64,000 nt of DNA from Marsupella aquatica. Its lineage: Eukaryota > Plantae > Marchantiophyta. The translations under genes and the position numbers were made by a program. The stretch is from contig OZ316891.1 of NCBI GenBank assembly GCA_973895155.1, positions 17,544,095 through 17,608,094 on the forward strand. The letters are read 5' to 3'. Under the pieces are notes generated by a model. That model was not told the origin of the DNA. It was given only the letters and a program-made list of their open reading frames with translations, and did not search any database. Positions 10,347 to 24,139 of this stretch are shown one piece after another (the first letter of the stretch is position 1; each line of letters starts with the position of its first letter).

Positions 10347-11113
10347 CATAGCTTGTGAAAAAACCTGAACGTCTCCTTCACTCATCATGACGCACTCGGT
10401 AACAACTCAACAGCAATCCAGCTACCAAAATGACCAGCTCGCTTCAACCTCCACCTTGAGCTATAATGTGCGATCCCTCCCGCACTGCACAGCTCACACC
10501 GTTGAAAAAACGCGAACTCTAGTCTCTCCCCCGAAAAGCCGTCGAACACGAATAAAACCTGAACGACGCAAACTTCAATTCCTCTGCACCACGGATACCG
10601 ATCAGCGAGTTCTAACCACCGTTAGAAAGCCCTCTCACTAACCTATCCGCACAGCCACACACATTCGAGTTTCATGCGACGAAACTCCGACTGTACCATC
10701 GACAATGAACGCTGGAAACACTTGTCACGAAAAAACCTCGTCACCTCCCAGGCATGCTCTGATACCACTTGTTGAGCATAGACGACATTCGCAACGGCAA
10801 GCCCATGAACCATCCAACGCACAATAGTCGACATAGAGAGATACGTGGTTCACCTCCACATGAGGCTACGTCCACGGGAACACACAAGAGCTTTACTGCA
10901 CTCTAGGCCGACCGGCCATACCAAGCATCCACAGCGCAAGCTCTCCCTATCTCTCAACTAGCTTCGTAACAATGAGCCTAAGTTCCACCAGGGTCTGGCA
11001 TCAGCCCTGGCTATATGCACAACAACACTACCGCTAACATTAGCTAGGTCCTAACCTGAGTTACCCTAACTGTGGTTAGCTCATGAGTCACAAGACTAGA
11101 GCAATATCTAACA
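10347..11113 (-). mobile_element. Ty1/Copia 5' LTR (~10771-11113) with tRNA-iMet PBS and 5' internal leader, interrupted by the DNA transposon
   Basis: gctctgatacca at ~10756-10767 is the reverse complement of the PBS TGGTATCAGAGC. It lies next to an LTR edge tgttgag (10771), with the other edge probably ...ctaaca (11113). The LTR contains the acgtggtt...gctacgtccac motif typical of plant Copia LTRs. Confidence 0.7.
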
Positions 11114-14100
11114 TACACTGGCAGTGGACAGATAATTAAAACCAAAGGCAACACAAAGAAAACAATTGGGAGAGGCCCAACAAATATCTGAGGGTGAAGG
11201 ACCAAGCATACATACCCACCCCTCTCTTCTCCCGCTCCCCCCCTCCCTCTCGGGCCTCCATGGGGTTCACACAGGAAAAAAAGGTAAAAACTATATATAT
11301 TAATCATGGTCCTCATCAGAAATTCTTCTCCAAAACAACAAACCTTGGGCTCAAGACCTTTGACTTCAGTTTGGAAAACCACTCTAAGGAAATCTTTACC
11401 AACACATGTTTACTTTTCATGATCTGCTCTTGTTATGTCTTAGGCTAGGCGCATAGAATCAAAGTGTGTGTTTTCATTCTTTACTTATGTGGCTTTTCCT
11501 AATTCAAGAATGTACTCACCTCCTATCTGAGGTAAATAAATAACTAAACAAGCTAGGGCATGGTCAAACTCTGTTGGCCATATTAAAGCTGGCTGATCAC
11601 ATGCATGTCTGGTTGTCTAAAGGAGGGGACATCTAAATGGCAAGTTACTCACGACCTATCCGACATGATCATCATGCACAATGGTTGGACAGCACTTGTT
11701 AAAATGTAACGTAGACCTGACAGGTAGTTCATGGATGCAATGCAATAGTTCATGCATTTCCTGCTTCTGGTTGCAATTGGTTTGGGCACCCTAAAAAGTG
11801 GGCATACAAAACGTACAGTCACACTCAATTCCAAATGCCCAGTTTGTGGAGAAGGTGAATTTTGGGCCCCACTACAAGACTTCACTACTGTCCAGTCTTT
11901 TAAGGGGTTTCCAAGGTTAGCCAAAGTTTTCACTGCAAATAAAAGACCCTTGTCAAACTAGCTTGTTACACATTGCCATAATCCAGTATGCAATCTGCAA
12001 AGGGTGGCACACTGGATTTAGTCTTCTTTAGCCTCATTAACATTATCGGAGTAGTGGGGTATCAATTGCTAACTCATTGTTATAATAGACAATGGGTAGA
12101 CAATCAAGTTTGGATTAATTCTAATTCCAGGCGAGATTTTTCAAGGAAATACTATCAATGAGAGGTTGTCACTATTTGCCTATCTCTGAGTCATGTCCCT
12201 CATTGTGACTCCTACATCTGGTCATACGTAGTCCATAGAAAAGCACATTCATTAGGGGGTCGAGTAGGGGGTCTCAAACCTCAAAATTTGATGGACCTTA
12301 CCTTATTAGTTAAGGTTGTTGTCACAAAAAGTATGGACTACCAGATTCAGGATCCATAACTTTCTGCCATAAAGATTGGTCATAAGTCAGGACCATAAGT
12401 CATTGTAGAGACTAGTGAAAACAAACAAACAAACAAACAAACTTTTACATAACCTTGTGAAAAAGCTATGGCCAAGTCATAGTCCCTAATTATGAACCTT
12501 TGAGATGCCCTATTTGGACATCATTTCAATAACCTTTTGCCAGCCCTCACAACGCTGAGTTTTCTAGGTCCTTGCTTGCTTACTTTCCTATTTTTTTGTG
12601 ACTATTTGCCTGACTATTTCTTTCATATCTCCAATCGTGATGACTTATTATCCTGCTTATTACTTCTCAGCTAGCATTACCTTTGACTGAACATTGCTCA
12701 TCTACGTTTTAAATTCTCTAAGTAGCAACAATTCAACAGCACTTTGTTTTTGCCCCTGTTTTTAGACCTAAGCATTAGTTCTTGGTGAACCCTTCTCATC
12801 TTGATTGTTGGACTTGTTTCTAGCATTTTCCTTTGCAAATCTGTCCAGGTGGATAACAAGTTATATGACAGTTTCTCATGCAAATATAGCGGTCTAATGG
12901 GTAAAACTTGCTTGTACTATCCCCACTTATTGTAAAGATCATTATAGAGTTTAATTCTAACCTAGGTGGTCTAGTTTCTACAAAAATGACACATTGTATG
13001 CGCTGAAGTATACACGAGAGTATAGGGTTGTTATATTGGTTCAAAGGAAAGACTTTTTAAAAATTGGAAGAACATTACGGTCTTTAAATACAATTTTGAG
13101 CATTGGAAGAAAAATAAGGTTTTTAAACCATTTTCTACAATATTCTAATGTTAAAAAAAAGTGGAGACAATTTGAAAGAAAACTATTCTTAAGTTTCAGG
13201 GTGTTGGAGACCCCAAACGTTGCAGGTGATGGATGCTTCATGTAGTGAGGTTTCTAACATTAGTTGTAGTCATTAGATTTATAAAAAAAAGTTCTTATCA
13301 GACATTAAGACATGGCACAACCAATTATACAATAGAGTTTCCCGTGAAAGCATCTTCTTGAAAGATTGGTAACTCACCCTGTAACTCTATAGTAGAGAGT
13401 ACATTTCATTAACAACAGTTTTGAAAAAACTTTTTAGTCAATCGCCAGGGTGACTCCAGTAAATGATTATAGGGCAACACCTCTCCTTTCACGCACTCCA
13501 GGCACTCCAGGGTGTGCATTCTGATTTTGCTTACTTGAAGCTTGAAGCTACTATACAAAGCTCCACTCCTGCTGCTGGCTGCTACTCGATGCCACTGCTT
13601 GGTGTTGCTCAGAGTTGCTGCCACCTCGCTGCTCCTGCTATAACCTTGTCATGCTCCTGCTCATTACTCACTGCAACCTTGTTACTCCTTGATGTTGCTT
13701 GAATTTTGCTGCTGTGTTCAAAACTCGGGCAAAAGTGACACTTGATGCTATGCTCAGAGCTGAGGAAACGGCCATTGCGGCCGCTGCTTCTACTTTGGAA
13801 GGCCAAGAAGAAAGATGGTAACTTAGGCATTGACACTCCCAAAAAAGATTTAACTAAGTGTGTTGCCCTGTTAATGAGTCTTGTGTATTTTAGTTCCATG
13901 GGCAAAAGTCAAGTCACCTTGTGAAGTTGCCCCGTAATGATCCATTTACGGGAAATTCTAATTCTATGAGGATCCACATGTTCAATCTATTCACCCCTTT
14001 TTGAGCTTCTACACTTACTATAAGCTACTTGTGATGCTTCACAAAATCAAATAAGCATCCCTTAGTTGCTTCATTTATATTGAGTATGCAAGTCTTAAAG

Positions 14101-15502
14101 AGTAAGCCTTCAAGAATCCAAATAATATCCCTCTCTATGTGGTTTTCCTTTTTTTATATCTCCCATGAGGCCTTTCATCAACAATTATTCTGCAAATGAA
14201 TGCTATCTACCAAAATGCTTACTTTCAGTTGTTGCATGGCGAGGTGAAAATTCTTATCTCCAATTTGTCAAAGCTGGAAACCTTACTCCTGGTTTCTTGA
14301 GAAGTAAGGAGTAAGGTGTAAGGTTTTTCAGCTCACCTTTACTTAAGAACCTTACTACAGTGCACTGTTGATTGGACCTAGCTAGTGAATAAAGTGGGTA
14401 AGGGTAGGTCAAATTGTCTCACTACAATGGCTATTGCAGATTATGAGGACGGTTTTTCTAGACGGCAACGTTGCTTAAGTGTTAACACTATTTGGCCAGC
14501 CAAGTAGTGCTTTGATTTCTCACTGAGCTCATTGCATGCTGGTTGTCAGAGATTATATTCAATCGCCAAGTGCCATCAGTCAGGCTATCAATTGGTTAAA
14601 AAGGCATTGCAGTTGTGATTATTATTTTTTACCAAAGTTCTAAGGCAAGGGAAGGTGGAATCCTGCAAGATCCCACCCCGTGTCCATTTACAAACTTGCA
14701 AAAGGAGGGAACCATACTGTCCCGTCGTGTGTTGTCCAGGGTTATTTGAGACTCTTGGATTAACTAAAGTGGTACCCAAGATTGTTCTTGAAGTAGAGTG
14801 CAAAATATGAGAGATGCGCAAGAGTGTAGTCATGACTATGCTAGCTATAGCCAATGCATAAAGTGTTTTGGCATGGAGCACTAAAGGAATAGATTGTCAT
14901 GAAATTGAGGCTAGGTTTTAGGCATGGAACGGTCAAAGGGGGATGTAAATTGACAGGGGAAAGTATATTAGCTTCTTCTCTTGGGGAGGAAATTTTTATT
15001 TTGTGGAACTTTATTTTATATTTTCTTCCCAGTTTTTTTACTCTTATTTTAATGGTGTTGGAAGGAAGAAAAAAAGGGAGGGGGGTGGGAGGGGAGGGAC
15101 GAAGGCATTGCAAGGGCAAGGGAAAGAGAGGCAAGAGGAAAAAAAGGGAAGCTAGGCCATTACTTCACAGCATCACTTTCACAATAACAACATCAATTAA
15201 AACGACAACGTTGTTACACCAACAACCATGCACTTGAACAACACTTCTGCACCCATAACATGACTACATAGATGACACGGCTAGAATGACAACACTTTTG
15301 CAACAATCACATGGTCATAATGATGATACAATTGAAATGACAATTGACTTTCAAAACCACGACATAGCCACATTGCCATCCCAACCACAAGCACAACCAA
15401 ATTGTAATGATAATCGTGCAATGCATGGACATAGGGCTTCAAAGCTCACATTGCCTCCACCACACTTCCTTTCTTCTATTACTTCCTCCACAACATCATT
15501 TG

Positions 15503-15662
15503 TGTTATGAGGTAACTAGTGCTAGACCAGACTAGGAGGTTACCTTTACCATGGTTACCTCAAGACACTATATATACACCCGGTTGATCCCCAACCGAGT
15601 GATTCATTCATTCATTCAATCTCTCTCCCTCTCCAACTATGTATGAATCCTATATCACAACA
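15503..15662 (+). repeat. 5' LTR
   Basis: tgttatgagg...atcacaaca, 158/160 identical to 18956-19115. Confidence 0.95.
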
Positions 15663-18600
15663 CGTTATCAGCACGACTCTCGGAGGCTGAGCACTTGAAT
15701 TTTTGTAGGGATTCGACAAGTGACAAAAATTAGACACTTGAGGGAATCCCAAGACAAAATCCCTTCAAGGAAACCTTCATTTGAGAGTCCATGTCAACCT
15801 GGCGTTGGAAATTGATGGAGTATCCTCTATGAGAAACTGACTCCCAAGAAATTAGAAGAAACAAAATCAGAAGGAGAGGCTGATCAGACAAAGAGTCAAA
15901 CCCATGGATTGACCCTTATGGGATCATTAATAAAAGCTTTAGAGGGATTGATTCTGAAATGCAAGATTGAAAGTACACAACATGATTTATTGAAGGAGGA
16001 GAAGAAACACTGCAGCGCAAAGTCCATAGAGAAACCAGGATAAAGCTTGGGCTGGAGTCAATCAATCCAATCAAAGAGACCTGATTGAATATAGGCAGAG
16101 CACAATCAACAAAATTTCAATCAAGGTTAGATCTGAAAAGGCACCACACCCTATAGAGAACGAATGTTGCATTAGGGCTCAACAACCGGAGGGTGAAAAG
16201 GACTGAAGGAAATTTGAGGGATGGAAACCTCATGAGAAGACAACACAGTGATCACGGACGCAGCCGCGAAGCCATGCAAAAGGGGGAGAATCAATGCACA
16301 AGCCCAAAACGGCAAAATTTGGACCAGGCTTTTCGAGAAACCATCGACAAAACTTGATAAGTGCAAAACCCCCATACTTGCAACTCATTATAAAGAGTAT
16401 TTTTACTTACAAAAGAATCAGATCACTTAAAGCATATTTTTCAAAGCTTTTAAATCACTTTAAGATACATGTGTAATCCTTAACATAAACCTAAATCACA
16501 AGCTTACACTCTCATTTTACAAATGTGAATACTGTGCCTTTACACATTACCTACCAATACACATGTTGAGTTTACAAGCATTTATACACATTGGATACAT
16601 ATAACATGGTTGTTACACCATTAATATGACTTTCCACCATAGGGGGAGGAAGCACATTGTACCCACAACTATCTCCCACCTCCTAATGTCATTTTGGTTC
16701 ATTCACCTTCTAAAACCATTTGAACTTATACACCTTCTGGTATCATTTGATCTCATAAGATCCAAACGGACTCAGATAAGGGACTTTCCATGACTAACAA
16801 AGGTAAAGGTAGAGATGATTTGATAATGGGCAAAGCCCCTAATCTCATCTATACATGAGTTAATGAGGAGTTAATATGGGCAAAGCCCCTAATCTAACCC
16901 CTACATTCTCTTGATCAGTGGGCATTCCTATCAGACCTTACCTATAGATGAGTTCCAAATTTCAGAGATATTCCTCACACTCACAATTTCAAGAGAAAAT
17001 AGCATGCATTTTATGCAGATCAATGGGAAGAAACTTCATTGTCTCTAACTTATCTACTCAAAAACTTAAACCAAACTCATGATACACTACAATGGAAAGT
17101 ACCTTTGTACTTGGCCATACACATAGTGATTAAGACCCAAAACCAGAATCTTATACTTTGATTAAAGTTTTATACACTTTTAGCATGCATGCCTTTACAA
17201 CTTGTACAGAAGTAAGACCACAAACCTCATCCCTTTGGACCTAGGATCATGTTCACCAGACAAAATGAAAACACTTACTCTAAGACACTGGACTAGGATA
17301 AGAGAATTAGAAAACTAACAATGTTAAAGGTATGGTACAGATGTTTGGATTATGGGCAAAGCCCCTAACCTCATCTAGTCAAGACCCAATGCGGGGTTAA
17401 TATGGGCAAAGCCCGTAATCTACCTTGATACACTCTTCATTTTAGGGAACGGAATAACATCGCGGACCAATGACACATTCACCTTTGTGTATTACTATTA
17501 AACAAATCTCTTAGATTGAAACTAAAATTAAGACAATTTTCATCCCCACACCCAACATAGAATTAACGGGAAAACAATATGAATTAGATGCATACCAAGG
17601 GAAAGAAACTCAATTCTCTCAAAACTTATCTATTGAAGAACTTGAGCCCACCTACACCACAATTGTACGTACAACTAGTACTTGGAAACTAAACAGAGAC
17701 TAAACCTCATATATCTCTATACGAGGAGCCAAATAGTTTAGGGGAAGCATCTTATCTCCACAAGTTACTCTAACTTCAAATCTCCCTACATGGCTATCCC
17801 ATGTCTCAATAATATTTTGAATCTACTTACATGGCCTGCTACCCCATGTCTTGACACACTTGTCAAACTACCCCGTGATATGTGCAGACGTGCAGGCAGA
17901 CATGCCACTCACGGGAGACCTAACTTAACCGACACCCTCTGGTGTGATTCTGGTTCATACACCCTCTGGTGTAGCTTGAGACCTAACACCCTCTGGTGTC
18001 AACAACCCTGTGTCCACTAGCACCTCTGTGCCTCCTGACACCTTCGTGTCCATCAACACCACTATACTCTCAAATGAGCTTATTGCCATAGACTCTCCCA
18101 TGATAACATTGCCCCATCCTACCCACATATGGGTCTTTTATCTTGACTTTGGGCATTTCTAAATATGGTACTTACACCATACCAAACTAGGACTTTTCTA
18201 TCATTTTTATAATAATACATGATTAGCATCCGTTGATGCAACATGTCTACTCCACACTTTGGAAAACTCCCATTTAGCAATTGGGCTAATTAGCACCTTC
18301 GGTATCAATCCAGTGATCTGAAACATATAGGATAATGCCACTGCATCCCCACACAACCCACATTAATTATCTTAATACCCCCTGGTATTAGATAGCATGC
18401 ATAAGCCATACTAAAACATGACATGGTTCCTCCAGCTACTAACCAAACTACTAATTATTTGGAACTTAGATTGTTTATTTGATGCAAGGCCATACAGGTG
18501 ACCCAAATTTCAAATGCGGAGAACTAGACAAAGTTTTTCATGAAGGCATTGACCCCTCCTGTCCACAGACACCACTGCCATGCAATTGAACTCCGAAGCT

Positions 18601-18955
18601 TACACTGCCTGATTACTACTGATTGACACACACCACCACTGTGGTTCAACTCTCACATCTCACCAAGAGAACCAACCGGCTGTACTCTTTTTCCTTTAGG
18701 GTCATGTATTTTATTTTTTCTCTACTACCCTGGTAGAGTTGTTTTTACCCCAATCTAGCACCGCTAAAGGTTTTAATGAGGCAGTCCACCTCTTTGGTCA
18801 ATCAAACATACATGTCTATAAGCATGCAAACACTTTTTACTATCACTGAAACTCATCCCGTGCAAGTCTATAAGCATGGTGATAGATTTTTCTTACCTAG
18901 TTCTAGGACTAGTCTAGATTGTCTCCATAACTCCCATTATGTAGCCAAGGGGGAG

Positions 18956-19115
18956 TGTTATGAGGTAACTAGTCCTAGACCAGACTAGGAGGTTACCTTT
19001 ATCATGGTTACCTCAAGACACTATATATACACCCGGTTGATCCCCAACCGAGTGATTCATTCATTCATTCAATCTCTCTCCCTCTCCAACTATGTATGAA
19101 TCCTATATCACAACA
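18956..19115 (+). repeat. 3' LTR
   Basis: Preceded by the polypurine tract and followed by the TSD atttg. Confidence 0.95.
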
Positions 19116-19283
19116 ATTTGCACAGCATCTTCTATGCAATGCATGAGTATTGCCATGCAAACAAGCCATGGCCGCAATGACCACATGATTGGCTGTAATG
19201 ACCACAACAATGTCATGCAATGCATGGGCATTGGGCTATCAAACACATAGCATCACATTTGTATTCCATCATCTTAGTACGCA

Positions 19284-19830
19284 TTATGTCTTCTTACGCA
19301 ACATCTTTGCTTCCTTCGATCTTAATAGCCCCACCATCTGTTTCCAGAAGTTTTCCTCACCAAAATGAGTAGAATTCATTTTGAACCATGAAGGAAAAAA
19401 CTGATTAACACTGTAAGTACACCAAACACTCAAGGGATGATGGTCTGACATATACTGAGTAGAAATAATCCTTATATCAATGGCACAATTAAACAGATGA
19501 GAATTCTCTGGAGCATGGCATCTATCCAGACCACGATAAATCCCATCGCTTAACAACATAGATCTGTATTATTTACACCATGAGAACTGAAGCTAACCTG
19601 GGATTCTCTTAAAAGTATCATCCATTTCATGTTCCTCTTAAGATGATCCCACACTCCCAACCCGCAACAACATGAAGATGACCCCTAGGTACCTGATACT
19701 CAAAAATTCTTGACCATATTAAAACCACCCACCATAATCCAGGCTAAATCATTCCGCACTTTGTGGAATATCTCAGCCCAAAGACCAGCCCTCTCCCTTT
19801 CACCATCAATCCCCATGGGTGCCTATACAT
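19284..19830 (-). mobile_element. L1-type LINE remnant (AP-endonuclease fragment)
   Basis: Broken frames give NV(Y)AP...W...WIMVG.FNMV (19830-19712) and RGLDR...MSDHHPL...WFKMN (19540-19380), which are APE domain motifs of LINE ORF2. Confidence 0.7.
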
Positions 19831-21092
19831 TCAGGATTCCAAAAACACCCAGGTTAGGATGGTTAAAAATGCACCGCTGACCCTGACCACTGGGGTTATC
19901 CACTTAAGCTCTGGCATTTGATCCGGGGGATTATGATTTGGCAGTTGTGGAAAGCACATTGCTCTTGGGAGAAGGAGAAGGTTTGTATTATGATGATGGG
20001 AATTCAGATCAAAATATGGAGAAAACTGAGATTGAATTTGAAGATTTATTGGAATCAGGGGCTGTAGCAACAAAGCTTAATGGTCGAGCTAGACAGGATA
20101 TGTTGAGGAGAATAATCAGAGATTTTGGTTGTTTATTGTGGATTATACTCCTTTATAGCTGTTCAACCCTCCGTGAAGCTCATTTATTTTGATGGTTTGG
20201 TTTTGTGTTAGTTGTTGGCAGTTGGCGAATCCTTTTGTTTTGGGAATTCGCCAAGGCACAGTCAGTCAGATGTGGTTTTTTCTAGCTCTCCCTGTACTCT
20301 GGTTTGAGTTTGGCACTCATTTCTGCTTGTCTTTTGTCTTGGTTAGGTTGGTTGTTTTTGGGTGGGGCCAGTTTAGTGGCTTTCTACTGTTTTCTCCTTT
20401 TAAGCCTGTACCCACTTGACTAAATGTGTATGGTCCTCGTGTGGTGTGTGTTCAGCCGTTTTGTTCCATGTTTTTATTGGGTTTTACTTGGGATATAAGG
20501 AAAGTATTCCCTTGAACATTTCAAAAAGAAACGACAGTGAAAGTCAAGTTATTATTGCCGAAACCCCTATTTCTGCGAAGTAGCAGAGCCATGGCAACAG
20601 TTACGTACGGTGGGCCATGTTATTGTACCGTATTGTACGGAATAATCTGGTTCTGGAGGGAAGGTCGCTGGCAGACACATGGGACCCGGAGAGTGGTGGG
20701 GAGGATTAACACGTGGATCTCTTGAAAAACGATAAGAAGGGCCAGAGAGCAATCCGGGCCGTTCGGGCGTCTCTTCGCATTTACAGGTCAGGTGAACTTG
20801 AGTACTTGACTACCCATCTACTGCGTAAGTACTCCAGCTTGTGTTCACAGTCAGGGTCCTGGTAGCGTATTTTTCTTTTTGTCCAGTGTGGCCAATGTTA
20901 CTGGTGTGAAGGTCTTCACCGAATTTACTAGATCACTTTCCGACGTCAGATCTTACGTACTCAAAATATGAACGGTTAGATCCTAGCTAATCGGGTTTGT
21001 GGTTGGGTGAAATCCTGGCTGATGGACAAGGAAGAACTAGCCATTTTTAGCCAAAAGTGGCCAGGACCTTTTTAATGAGCTGGAATCCCTTA

Positions 21093-21435
21093 GGGCCAAC
21101 TCACATGTAAGCGGCCCTACCCCTAAAACTGAATCGCGGCAGTGTATTAGTGCATGAGAGAAAAACACTGCCACCTCCTCCCTTGCCAGTCCCAACGGCA
21201 GAAACTTCACAAATCTAAAGGCAACGGCCGGAACTTTTCCAGCCTTGCACTACCCGACCTCAACTTCCACATAAAACAATTGCCCTAAAATAATGTAGTC
21301 ATATGTCGACAGTCTGCCATTGCAACTTTTGTCGTAGTGCACATGACACGCACTGAGGACAAAGATTAACTTGTCCCCAAGTGTTCTAGGGTAAAGGGTC
21401 GCAAAACACAAGGCCACTCACATGTGAGTTGGCCC
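21093..21435. mobile_element. MITE with ~26-bp TIRs (PIF/Harbinger Tourist-like)
   Basis: Left end gggccaactcacatgtaagcggccct versus the reverse complement of the right end, gggccaactcacatgtgagtggcctt. Flanked by TTA on the left and TAA on the right (TWA-type target, imperfect TSD). Non-coding. Confidence 0.75.
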
Positions 21436-24139
21436 TAAATGCTCCCAAATTGGCCACTATAGAAACCACTGTTCTGTAATGATTGGACCTCGATTTCAAT
21501 GTAAACTGTAGTTAATAAAGTCAGCGACTATGGTGATGGACCTTACCGTATCCGCCAGGATATGAAGTCCCCGGTAAAATTATGAAGTGCATACGTCATT
21601 GGACATCTGGAATGATGAACTGATCGGATCGCATCCAATAATATTCCGCAATTCGATGGCTTTTGGTCGGGAGATCGGAGTGCATTATGTCCTGATCGCA
21701 GAGGTCCACTATGATCCTGTAGTAAAGTTGCTAGTATTATATTTGTTTTCCAGGACAAAGGCCACGTAACTACAGTAAACTTTACTTGAAAAAAGACCAA
21801 AAACATAAGAAAAGTGACATGGCATTATGGCAAGTGGGGTCACATGATCTCTCATTATTTATTTGGGGTGTCAAATGTATAAAATTGAACCCAACAAGTT
21901 TGAAATTGAGGCTGTGCTAGACCACAATGTTTGACCTCTGTCTAGGGTAGGTCCAATTGGTAGACTCGACAGCTTCCCAACAGAAACAAAGTAGACTTGA
22001 ACCTGCAAACAACTTGGATTATGCCAAGAATGAGTAAAATAGAACAATAGATACTGTTGTACTAATTTATAGAGATCTATTCTAACCAATAAGTGCGCAT
22101 GTGTGAGTTCCCCGTATAATGCTCAAGCAACCTGTGCAATCGGGCCAATAGGGTTTGGGATTTAGCCACTAATGTATTTGGACATACCAACAAATATAAA
22201 GGGTGACTGGTCTAGATCTCGCACTATAAAACAACACAAGTCCATTTCTGTGCAAAGTCATTGCCCAACATATTTTTGTTTTTATACTTTCACTCCAGAA
22301 AGAAATAGTAGGGGCAGGCACTTTTAAAGCAATATGGTCCCTTTCGTCTAGGGGTATAGGACATCTGCTTTTCATGTCAAAAACACAGGTTCCCGCACAG
22401 GTTCAAATCCTGCAAGGTTATATATGCCCTATTGTGGCACTTAAACTCCTTCCTCCCTTTCCTCCTCCTAGAGTATTCCTACAAGATTGGTGGTTTTTCA
22501 TATTTGCAAATTCAGTATACATATTAATCAGCTGACAAGTGGCTTACCATAGCTCACAGCTAATGGAAAAGAACGGAGTCACAATAAACACTGGTAAGTT
22601 TTTCTTTGAAGAAAAATAGTCATTTGATGTGCTCCAGGTTGCTTGTCTGTACATAATACTTCTTTGAAAATATCTTAAGAAGTATATGTCACATTAGGCA
22701 CACACTGCTATTGTAGGGGGGTTTGGGCATGAATGACATAAATATCTAGCTATGCTCTTCATTACATTCATTCTAGTATACATATAACACTGTATAAGAG
22801 CAAATTAAAAAGGCTAAACTAGAAGACATGATTGCAAAGGCAAGACACCCAATAGCTAGTGGGGAGAGAACAAGGGGAAGTCCATGCAAACCAAAGAGCC
22901 CGAGAGCCCGGAGGTTTCCATGAATGGCCAAAGAACTAAAGCCATACTAAGCATCAAATTGAAAAGTGTCATAGATATCGGAGTAAACCCCATTGATAGG
23001 AGAATCACATTGGGGAATTTGACTAGATGCCCATAAACCAACCCCCTTGGCCCTAGGTGTCATGGACCCATTGTGATACCACCTAGTCCAAGATGCCACC
23101 TTAACAATGATGACCATGAGTGGTTTCTAATAGCAACATCATGAGCTTCAGTTGACCTAAATGCAATATATATGGATCATCATTGCCAATGGAGTCGACA
23201 AGGCCGTAAGTTATAGTTCCGACTAGATATGGATTGGGGGTCTAAAATAAGGAACAAAAGCTGGTCCAACAATGACAGCTCCCCTATATACATTTGAGGG
23301 AAATATATGTTCCAAGAACCATCACAAACAATCAATTGCAATCAATCAAGATCCGTTGCTATAGCTAGCCAAAGGGACAAAGAGTAGCACAAGAGCGCTG
23401 TTGCATATGAGGGCACAGGGGAGGTTGGTTTCCTTCCAACTTGTGGTTCACTCCAGGGTAGGTGGTCCCAACATGCCATTTCGGTGGCCCTCTGGTGGGA
23501 CTACTGTCACTGCCCGTGGGCAACAGACCATAGCTCGCGATCCGCTCCCTGATCTTAAAAAGCTAGTGGGTGTTTTGCCCAGCAGCTGATGAGGACTGCC
23601 AGGGAGAAACTCAACAGCCAGACCCCAGATCAGGATCCGATGCTACCCTAATAGAATAGTAAATGCCTAGTGTGACCAAGTCTCCTTGCATGTGACCAAA
23701 GAAAGTAGTCCTAGTGGGGTGTGCCCAAGTCTCCAATGGTGAAGAAGTTTCATGTGACCAAGCCTCCCTGGTCAAAAATATACTCTAGTACATTCTATTA
23801 TAGTTCATTAAATAAATTATCCTTGCTTAGCCAATTCTCATCAACTTTATGTCTTAGAAAAATGGACAAATCTTTTTGGCTCTTTGGCTTGTTGGCTTTT
23901 GCATTCTTACGGGTTTCTCCTTTGTTTTTCCCCCTTTTTTTTTAAAGAAATAAAACACATACTTTTTACAGGAAAGGGCCAAATAGAGTACAAAAGAATA
24001 AACAAGAGAGGTCCCAAGTGGACAAAACCAAACGCAAAAGAAGTGAGCAAAAGAAAACCCCTGAAAACCAAGAAAGAGGAACTGAAACTACCGCAAATGG
24101 ACCGAGTTCCTCATCATTCCTAGCAAATGTGGCAAAAAG

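Larger units (their letters stand above)
15503..19115 (+). mobile_element. Complete non-autonomous LTR retrotransposon (Copia, Bianca-like PBS), 3.6 kb
   Basis: Two 160-bp TG...CA LTRs (15503-15662 and 18956-19115) differ at 2 positions. A 5-bp TSD ATTTG is present at 15498-15502 and 19116-19120. PBS cgttatcagcacga at 15663 and PPT aagggggag at 18947-18955. No long internal ORF. Confidence 0.95.

Noticed and set aside
11650-11960. CPVCG-containing ORF resembling a CACTA transposase fragment
   Set aside because: Only one short motif with no supporting context, so the assignment cannot be supported.
14400-14930. Possible PIF/Harbinger transposase remnant, with a short inverted repeat at 14281-14315
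   Set aside because: Similarity is too weak and broken to call by eye.
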